Positions 1-6,019 of a stretch of 51,576 nt of DNA are shown piece after piece. Every line of letters begins with the position of its first letter. Position 1 is the first letter of the stretch. A model generated the notes under the pieces. The model made no database searches. It was given only the letters and a program-made list of their open reading frames with translations, and was not told where the DNA came from. The stretch covers positions 1 through 51,576 of IMG/VR virus record IMGVR_UViG_3300038330_000010; one strand, 5' to 3'. A program made the translations under genes and the position numbers. The DNA is from a virus. Lineage: Duplodnaviria; Caudoviricetes.

Positions 1-520
1 ATCCCACAGGTTCATATCGTATCTGCCACCCAAGAAGTGCATCTGGTAGGACAGGGCAGTAACGGTAGATTCTTTCTCCCCCGCCATGAACACCGCAGCA
101 TTAGCCCGGATGATATCCCATATCTCATCCTGCTCGTTATCGAGCCTTCGTTTGACATGCGGATCCTCAGCATCAAAGCCGGACAGGGCTAGCATGTAGC
201 CAATGCTGGCTTCCTGACCCGTAACGCCATCTACCAGAAACTCGTCCTGTCTCCACACTTCTGTTTCTTCAGGCTTGAAGTTGCCAAAGTCCACATTAAG
301 CAGGGTGTTGCGCTCCAGTGTGTTCCTGAGCCGCCTGGTATACTTCGTTGCCTGTGGAGTCGTGTTGCTACCCAGCGCCACACGCAGATCCCGGTTACGA
401 CAGATAGCCCATGCTGGTAGGTCGTGAGTCATGGTAGTGGTTTTACCACCCCCAGGCGGGGTATTCAGAACCCCACGAATCCTCTCTTCCTTCTGTTGAG
501 CCTCGATCAGCCAGCTCATA
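1..520. repeat. Terminal direct repeat (circular assembly overlap), copy 1 of 51057-51576
   Basis: Manual alignment: 520 nt match with 18 substitutions, all between 127 and 393; 1-126 and 394-520 are identical. Confidence 0.97.
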
Positions 521-936
521 ACGATATGGGCCATCTCAACCTGCCAGGGGATGTGTCGCCGCCCCAGGTAGCGAGTGCGCCAATACCCAAATTCGTGATA
601 GGCATTCTTAGCCTGATCGCTCTGTAGGTCCTCAAACCGGGTAATGGGCGGCGGTATGCTCACAGTCATTAGGTCAGCGACCTTATGCTCAGCCGACTGC
701 TCGTACATACGGTTGCGTACCTGTAGGGGTGTAAGACTATCCCCTTCGATGTACCTGCCAGAGACAGCTTTCATCCACTTGCGTACGGTGGGACGACTCG
801 CCTCGATCTGTTGGCCCACTACATAGGGGTTACGCCCTAAGCGAACCTGGGAGTAGAACCACGTTTTCGCTTCCTCTGTGAAGTTCCCGCCCTTGTTCTT
901 AGGTTCATCAGGCGGATAGTCTTTGGTCTTGGCCAC
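1..936 (-). CDS. terL: Terminase large subunit, 5' part (continues across the junction into 49620-51576; about 790 aa in total)
   Basis: The frame of the 49620..51575 ORF stays open on the - strand from 519 up to a TGA at 991-993. GTG at 936 gives MAKTKDYPPDEPKNKGGNFTEEAKTWFYSQVRLGRNPYVVGQQIEASRPTVRKWMK...HIPWQVEMAHIVMSWLIEAQ...PPGGGKTT. The ORF track misses this part. Confidence 0.88.
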   Translation of the reverse strand, partial: MAKTKDYPPDEPKNKGGNFTEEAKTWFYSQVRLGRNPYVVGQQIEASRPTVRKWMKAVSGRYIEGDSLTPLQVRNRMYEQSAEHKVADLMTVSIPPPITRFEDLQSDQAKNAYHEFGYWRTRYLGRRHIPWQVEMAHIVMSWLIEAQQKEERIRGVLNTPPGGGKTTTMTHDLPAWAICRNRDLRVALGSNTTPQATKYTRRLRNTLERNTLLNVDFGNFKPEETEVWRQDEFLVDGVTGQEASIGYMLALSGFDAEDPHVKRRLDNEQDEIWDIIRANAAVFMAGEKESTVTALSYQMHFLGGRYDMNLWD

Positions 937-943
937 GAGAGAC

Positions 944-949
944 AGTATA
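944..949 (-). promoter_or_regulatory. Candidate -10 box (TATACT) for a leaderless terL/late transcript
   Basis: TATACT lies 7 nt upstream of GTG 936 with no SD; leaderless mRNAs are common in actinobacteria. The -35 match is weak. Confidence 0.45.
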
Positions 950-1036
950 GCTGCTTCCAAAACGGTTGGACAGGCCCAGAGGAGGCTACATCATAGCCTG
1001 CGTCCGCGCTCGCAAACATCCCCCGTGTCAAACAAT

Positions 1037-1068
1037 CGAACGTGTGTTCGCGTGCGAACGTGTGTTCG
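1037..1068. promoter_or_regulatory. Two tandem LexA (SOS/Cheo) box matches
   Basis: CGAACGTGTGTTCG at 1037-1050 and 1055-1068 matches the Gram-positive/actinobacterial CGAAC-N4-GTTCG consensus. Confidence 0.55.
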
Positions 1069-1374
1069 TGTGCGTGCGAGCGTGTGCGTGCGTGCGTGCG
1101 CTGCATCATATATGATGCACTATGTATGACGCGTGCGAGCGTGTGTGAATAGGCGCGTGTGCATGCGTGCATACGTATGCATATGTGTGCTATGTAATAG
1201 TGCGAGTGCTAACTATTGCAAGCATGTGCTAGCGTGCGAGTGTTAACAAAAGCTTGATGTTTTCTTGATGTTTGAGCGTGTGCGAGAGTGTAGTGTTGCG
1301 AGTGTTGACAAGTGAATAGCGAAAGCACACACGCACTCGCAGAATCTAATCACTTAGTGAAAGCGAGAACGAAT

Positions 1375-1680
1375 ATGGCTACTGTGAAAACGTTTGTGTC
1401 ACTCATCGAAGCATTCGTCGAAGATGCGACAAGCGTAACGCTCGAAGAAATCGTCGAAGTTTTCTTCAGCGAAACGCAAGGCGCAGATAAAGCGATCAGC
1501 GCAGATGAGCTTACGATTCTCGTAAGCGAAGTGACTGAACACGACTACAGCGCAAAGTCGATTCGAGCGAATCTTCGCAAGCATGCGTATCGTGATCAGT
1601 CGAAGATGCGAAACGCAACATGGCGAGTATCGCAAGAAGATGCTCTAGCTGAAGTCAAGCACTACTTGCGAGTAGCGTAA
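1375..1680 (+). CDS. Small HTH-like DNA-binding protein (paralog of 3043 and 10680), Pro-free
   Basis: ATG after GAAAGCGAG; ISADELTILV...AKSIRANLRKHAYRD...ATWRVS aligns with ITATELAALV...PKQVRAYLRKEFARD...SSWKIT of 3043..3264. Confidence 0.8.
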   Translation: MATVKTFVSLIEAFVEDATSVTLEEIVEVFFSETQGADKAISADELTILVSEVTEHDYSAKSIRANLRKHAYRDQSKMRNATWRVSQEDALAEVKHYLRVA

Positions 1681-1738
1681 GCACTCAGTAGCTTGTCAAC
1701 AAGCGAGAGCGTGTGTGCTTTCAAGAAAGCGAGCGAAG

Positions 1739-1918
1739 ATGCAAGAACTACGCAAGATATTCGCAGCGATCGAAGTAATCGATCAGCATGCGAGAGCGAT
1801 CGCAGCACTCGCAGATGAGCAGCAGCGAGCGCACGAGTACGAGTGCATGATGCAAGATCTTCACGATCTTCAGCGACATGTTGTCGATCAGATGCGATTG
1901 ATCGCGACAGCGAACTAG
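1739..1918 (+). CDS. Hypothetical 59-aa helical protein with no Pro or Gly
   Basis: ATG after the same GAAAGCGAG RBS variant; amphipathic helical sequence. Confidence 0.7.
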   Translation: MQELRKIFAAIEVIDQHARAIAALADEQQRAHEYECMMQDLHDLQRHVVDQMRLIATAN

Positions 1919-1924
1919 AGCGAG

Positions 1925-1957
1925 AGCGAGCGTGCGTGAAAGCGTGCGCTCGCTTTC
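1925..1957 (+). terminator. GAAA-tetraloop hairpin closing the CC/GG-free unit
   Basis: AGCGAGCGTGCGT-GAAA-GCGTGCGCTCGCT followed by TTC; U-tract is short. Confidence 0.6.
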
Positions 1958-2017
1958 GGGCGTCGTATGCCTCGTGGTGAGCACGGTCGGGCACCAGCGG
2001 CCTCGCGGTTGGCCCCC

Positions 2018-2193
2018 GGAGGTCCTCCCACCTCCACTGGCGGATCGGCGTCCCTACCCATGCCCCAGGACGGAGGAGGTCCTCCTACCGGTGGAGCGGC
2101 GTCCCTGGGGTGGGGCGGACCTCCAACCGGAAGATGGGCGTCCGTATGGAGTCCCACACCGAAGTGGAGGATCACGGAGGACCTCCAGACGCC
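2018..2193. repeat. Array of GG(A/C)GG-W-CCTCC palindromes interspersed with GGCGTCC
   Basis: Palindromes at 2018-2028, 2075-2085, 2114-2124 and 2176-2186; GGCGTCC at 2047, 2098 and 2137; inverted GACGCC at 2188. Confidence 0.85.
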
Positions 2194-2318
2194 CTTTCGG
2201 CCGCCTTTTGCCCGGAATACACGGCTAGGAGCCACATATAGACGGCTCAGGCTGGACAAAGGAAGGCCTACCTAAGATCGGAACCTCCTCAGAGTGCGAA
2301 AACAATCACAAGGACTGG

Positions 2319-2347
2319 TTGCATGAGGAGTTCCGGGTCGCTATCAT
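2319..2347 (+). promoter_or_regulatory. Sigma70/SigA-type early promoter
   Basis: TTGCAT-17 nt-TATCAT, upstream of the RBS and ATG at 2399. Confidence 0.7.
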
Positions 2348-2398
2348 GCATGCATGAGCTTCGCACGATGCGCGGATCCTACAGAAAGCGAGGACAAG

Positions 2399-2746
2399 AT
2401 GGCTCATAGTGGGGATTGTCCCCATCATCCAGATCGAGGCTGTGCCTGCTGGCAGAACCCGATCATCATAGGAGAGTCCTACGTTGTAGTGGCTCGATAC
2501 GGCAGAGAGCAGGATGCGAGGATGATAACGGAGACTCCGCCATCCTCTGAGAAATTCCAGAACAAGGAATATGAGATCCCTCGCTCCACAGAGCGCAGAA
2601 GGTCAGTCCGCAGAAACAGCGGTCAAGCCTTCAACAGCCTAGACAGAAGGGGGACAATCCGAGTCAACAATCGGTCGGTCAAGCAAGGCAAGCAGTGGAG
2701 AACATCAGGTCCTGAGCGATCTGTCCTCCGCTACACAACAGGATGA
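2399..2746 (+). CDS. Hypothetical early protein (basic C-terminus)
   Basis: AGAAAGCGAGG RBS before ATG 2399; ORF track. Confidence 0.65.
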   Translation: MAHSGDCPHHPDRGCACWQNPIIIGESYVVVARYGREQDARMITETPPSSEKFQNKEYEIPRSTERRRSVRRNSGQAFNSLDRRGTIRVNNRSVKQGKQWRTSGPERSVLRYTTG

Positions 2747-2759
2747 AAGAGGTCAAGCC

Positions 2760-2933
2760 GTGAACATCGACGAGGCAGATCCGTACAGCACCGTGTTGAG
2801 CCGCATCAACGCGGCATTTGAGTTCGGGAGGGACCACAACATGGAAATGAGTCAGAAGGAGTACGACATCCTCCGTGCTATCGCTCTGGAGGCTGAAGCT
2901 GCCGACCCAGATTTCGAGTGGATCATCCCGTAA
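2760..2933 (+). CDS. Hypothetical 57-aa acidic protein (below the ORF-track cutoff)
   Basis: GAAAGAGG RBS, GTG start, MNIDEADPYSTVLSRINAAFEFGRDHNM...DFEWIIP*. Confidence 0.65.
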   Translation: MNIDEADPYSTVLSRINAAFEFGRDHNMEMSQKEYDILRAIALEAEAADPDFEWIIP

Positions 2934-2937
2934 CCTC

Positions 2938-3000
2938 GTATGCAGAGTGGAGCGTCTGGAGAGTTAGCCATATTCGCTCTGGACGCTCCATCGTGCATAC
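2938..3000 (+). other. Long intergenic hairpin (possible RNase III or processing site)
   Basis: GTATGCA..TGGAGCGTCTGGAG / CTCTGGACGCTCCA..TGCATAC pair with G-U pairs. Confidence 0.6.
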
Positions 3001-3042
3001 CTCAACTCACCACATGAAGCCACTGAAAGGAGGTGAAACATA

Positions 3043-3264
3043 ATGGCAGCGAAGAAGCCAGCAGAGGTTCCGACGATCACCGCCACAGAGCTAGCCGCTC
3101 TCGTGGAGAGGGACCCGAAGCAGGTCCGTGCATATCTCCGCAAGGAGTTTGCAAGGGACCCGGAAGCGAAGGGTTCGTCGTGGAAGATCACCGCACAACT
3201 GCAGGAGCAGACGGTGAACCACTTCACGGCCCTGAACGAGCGCAAGGAAGCAAAGGCCTCCTGA
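3043..3264 (+). CDS. Small HTH-like DNA-binding protein
   Basis: Strong RBS GAAAGGAGGTG; TATELAALVERDPKQVRAYLRK helix-turn-helix pattern. Confidence 0.8.
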   Translation: MAAKKPAEVPTITATELAALVERDPKQVRAYLRKEFARDPEAKGSSWKITAQLQEQTVNHFTALNERKEAKAS

Positions 3265-3412
3265 CGTTCATCCACAACTGAAGTCCGCGTTCGTGCCTGA
3301 GAGGGAAAGTCCCTCAGTGAGGAAACACCATGTAACGGTGAACAGAGGTTGTGCCTACAAATCACAGTAGGCACTTCCTGTGTCCATTGACGCAAGAAAG
3401 GAGGTGAACCAA

Positions 3413-3682
3413 ATGCCAACAGGAGAACTACCAGATAGGGACGTCACTCCGTTTGCGGAGCTAACGTCCGTGATCACAAGGGACTGGCTAGTCCAGAACT
3501 CCCCAGAGGACATCGTGGCCTACACGAACGACTTTGGGATGGCACGGGACCTAGTCAGTGAGATGGCCATGAGCCTATCACTGTGTCCCGTCCACTTCAT
3601 CGACTGGGCCATCTGCTTCGACGATGAGGATCCTGAGTGTGGGCAGGTCCGAGCGATCTTTCCACAGAGCCACGACACATAG
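3413..3682 (+). CDS. Hypothetical protein with Cys/His cluster
   Basis: AGAAAGGAGGTG RBS; CPVH..C..C motif. Confidence 0.75.
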   Translation: MPTGELPDRDVTPFAELTSVITRDWLVQNSPEDIVAYTNDFGMARDLVSEMAMSLSLCPVHFIDWAICFDDEDPECGQVRAIFPQSHDT

Positions 3683-3690
3683 GAGGAGCC

Positions 3691-3918
3691 GTGAACAACG
3701 AGCCGACTCGCACATGGCCGTGCGAGAAATGCGGAGCAACCGTAGAGCGGTACAGAGGGCAGGATGACGTTTCCTGCTCCGAGTGCGGAACGCCTTACAA
3801 CTGCTTCGGACAGAGGTTGCGGGACGATTACCGTGACAACCCTTCCAACTATGACTCCGACATCGGAGACATGGAGGGATACGAGATGGAGATGCTCAGA
3901 AAGGAGCATGGTGAGTAA
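3691..3918 (+). CDS. Zn-ribbon protein
   Basis: AGGAGG RBS; CEKCG...CSECG. Confidence 0.75.
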   Translation: MNNEPTRTWPCEKCGATVERYRGQDDVSCSECGTPYNCFGQRLRDDYRDNPSNYDSDIGDMEGYEMEMLRKEHGE

Positions 3919-4195
3919 GGAATCGAAAGACCTGACCTACGAGCAGACGCAGGAACTCCTGCGAGCCCCGTGGAAGCGTGGCTATCTGACTCGGGACTTC
4001 CACTACAACGGCCTGCATCCCGCAGGGGAGCGAGTCACCTGGAAGACCTACCACAACGACACGGACTACATTTCCGTAAGGCTCTGGGGAGAAATCTCCG
4101 CAGACGGCAATTCCATGTACCCGATTGTGGAATTCACGGAAGTGCCAGAGTTGGTGCGTCCAGCTGAAACAGACGAGGATGGGAACTACCTATGA
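3908..4195 (+). CDS. Hypothetical protein
   Basis: AGAAAGGAG RBS; coupled to neighbouring ORFs. Confidence 0.7.
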   Translation: MVSKESKDLTYEQTQELLRAPWKRGYLTRDFHYNGLHPAGERVTWKTYHNDTDYISVRLWGEISADGNSMYPIVEFTEVPELVRPAETDEDGNYL

Positions 4196-4416
4196 AAAGG
4201 CACATGATGCCTGAGGGAAGTCTGAACCGCTATCCGTTAGCGGAACTGACAACCATCAGGACAACCAAGCACATGGGGCTCTATACCACAGAGGAGCTCC
4301 TGCTAATGACGGAGGTGATCGAGAACCTGAAGCGGGTCAAGCGGCAGCGTCTCCATGACGAGGCACAGGAGCGGAAGATTGCTCGGAAGCTCCGCAACAA
4401 GAAGGTCGAGGTGTAA
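4192..4416 (+). CDS. Hypothetical basic protein
   Basis: ATGA overlap with the upstream gene. Confidence 0.65.
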   Translation: MKRHMMPEGSLNRYPLAELTTIRTTKHMGLYTTEELLLMTEVIENLKRVKRQRLHDEAQERKIARKLRNKKVEV

Positions 4417-4418
4417 GG

Positions 4419-4631
4419 ATGCTTATCCTGATAGGGCACGACAAGAACGGAGCGTTCGCGGCCTACAAGCCGATGTCCGAAGTGGTCAAGCTGATCAAGG
4501 AAGACCCTGCGTTCACCGTGGGGTTAGTGGAATGCATGGAGGATATGGAGTTCAATCCAGACGACATCTCCCCTGCCCACTGGATGCAGTTGAGGAAGGA
4601 TATCCTGAACAGCATGAGGGCCAGCGCATGA
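4419..4631 (+). CDS. Hypothetical protein
   Basis: GAGGT RBS; tight packing. Confidence 0.65.
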   Translation: MLILIGHDKNGAFAAYKPMSEVVKLIKEDPAFTVGLVECMEDMEFNPDDISPAHWMQLRKDILNSMRASA

Positions 4632-4855
4632 GCGAGGACCTAACCCGTGAGTTTGTGGACTCAATCAAGGACATTGAGGACGAGTATGCGGATGCTCACC
4701 ATGATGGACACAGTTTGTGGATCACCTACGACCAGAGAGGGATAGTGAGCCTCGACGTTTGCGAGGAGCCTCCATTCAGCAATGATGGCGGGCTCCTGCA
4801 GATCAACCTGTCGGAGTTTTTCCAGTCCCTGTTGTATGTCCTAGAGGAGAGATAA
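4628..4855 (+). CDS. Hypothetical acidic protein
   Basis: ATGA overlap; MSEDLTREF start within the 4355..4855 ORF. Confidence 0.65.
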   Translation: MSEDLTREFVDSIKDIEDEYADAHHDGHSLWITYDQRGIVSLDVCEEPPFSNDGGLLQINLSEFFQSLLYVLEER

Positions 4856-5043
4856 TGGAATACGACCAAGCGACGGATGAGCGGACCTTCGACGATCTGC
4901 TCCTTCATCTGAAGAAGGCCGATGCCTTGATGAACCTAGCGTTCACCGCTACTGGCCTAGAACGCCTCAATGCGGAGCACAAGGCTCACGATCACGTGGT
5001 CAAGGCCTGGAACACAGCCGCTTACCTGCAAGAGCGCCAATGA
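4855..5043 (+). CDS. Hypothetical protein
   Basis: GAGGAG RBS, TAATG overlap. Confidence 0.65.
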   Translation: MEYDQATDERTFDDLLLHLKKADALMNLAFTATGLERLNAEHKAHDHVVKAWNTAAYLQERQ

Positions 5044-5187
5044 CGGAAGAGTCCTGAGTGCTTATGGACCCTACTACCAGCAGCCGTCTATGACCAGCGA
5101 TGGTTGGCTAGCAACTGGAATAGCAGCGTCCATAAACATTCGGAGACGGATGTTTAATTGGATAGGTACTATAGGAAAGGAGGTGAA

Positions 5188-5520
5188 ATGCCCCCAGAAA
5201 GGCCTCAGATCGTTGACGAGGAATACATGAGCCAAGCGATGGTTCAGATTTCATTCCGTTTGCCATTACGGCTCCGTATGAAACTGGACGCCTATTTGCA
5301 AGCCATGGACCGACCTGCAACTCAGCGGTCTGAGGAATCACAAGACTGGCCTAAGACACTACAGGCCACGATCAACAGAGGGTTGGAAGACTTTCTGGCC
5401 TCACATGTTCCGAAGAACAGATCAGGCCCAGATATGAAGCCAGCCCGACCAGCAATCAAAGCCAAGAAGAAGGAAAGACAGGAGGAAGAACAAATTGGCC
5501 GAGAAGTTGAAGGAGTTTGA
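5188..5520 (+). CDS. Putative ribbon-helix-helix regulator
   Basis: GAAAGGAGGTG RBS; MVQISFRLPLRLRMKLDAYL...LQATINRGLEDFL RHH-like pattern. Confidence 0.6.
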   Translation: MPPERPQIVDEEYMSQAMVQISFRLPLRLRMKLDAYLQAMDRPATQRSEESQDWPKTLQATINRGLEDFLASHVPKNRSGPDMKPARPAIKAKKKERQEEEQIGREVEGV

Positions 5521-5815
5521 GTTCACTCGGATGGGCAGGGGAAAGCCTGGATACTGGGAGAAGTTCCTGGATGGTAACATCTGGCAACTCGGTATCGAGG
5601 ATGCCCCCAACGGTAGTGCGAAGGACGTTGAGTCCATCAGAGGTAGCATCTCTGGTTATGTACGCCGCCAGCAAGAGGCGAACAATCCGAAGTTCGTAGA
5701 CATGGCTCTGCGGACTCAAATAGTGAGGGAATACGACGAGGACGGAGAGCCGTCAGAAGATCCAGCCGACAGCCTTCTGGTTGTCCAGCTGGTCGAAGCA
5801 CAGGACGAGGAGTAA
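5495..5815 (+). CDS. Hypothetical protein
   Basis: AGGAGG RBS, TTG start. Confidence 0.7.
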   Translation: MAEKLKEFEFTRMGRGKPGYWEKFLDGNIWQLGIEDAPNGSAKDVESIRGSISGYVRRQQEANNPKFVDMALRTQIVREYDEDGEPSEDPADSLLVVQLVEAQDEE

Positions 5816-5818
5816 GCA

Positions 5819-6004
5819 ATGGCCAAGACAGCAGAAACCACCACAACCATCGAGTTCAAGACCAAGAAGGCAACGAAGGGCACGGTTGTGTTCGAGGAGA
5901 TGCGGAACGACGACGAGCGGCCGCATACCTTCTACATGCTCAACCGTCTCCATGACGAGCTTGGCAGCCCAAGCCAGATCGTCATGACCATCGAGGTCGA
6001 CTGA
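5819..6004 (+). CDS. Hypothetical small protein
   Basis: GAGGAG RBS. Confidence 0.7.
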   Translation: MAKTAETTTTIEFKTKKATKGTVVFEEMRNDDERPHTFYMLNRLHDELGSPSQIVMTIEVD

Positions 6005-6019
6005 CCAACAACCATACTC

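Larger units (their letters stand above)
1025..1957. other. CC/GG-depleted block (0 CC, 4 GG in 933 bp)
   Basis: Base-by-base scan: GG only at 1152, 1377, 1480 and 1622, always as GGC; no CC. Confidence 0.95.

Noticed and set aside
127-393. Diverged repeat pair as a DGR template/variable repeat
   Set aside because: Changes are not adenine-specific, all are synonymous, and no reverse transcriptase is present.
837-1172. ORFs 837..1172 (-) and 923..1129 (+)
   Set aside because: HARTR/CVRV low-complexity translations of the RY tracts; they overlap the terL start and have no RBS.
1915-2275. GGPP-repeat ORFs over the palindrome array
   Set aside because: Similar GGPP peptides appear on both strands because the DNA is palindromic; no RBS. 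Treated as non-coding.
3296-3330. Hammerhead-like CTGA...GAAAC
   Set aside because: The CUGAnGA core and stem geometry are not satisfied.
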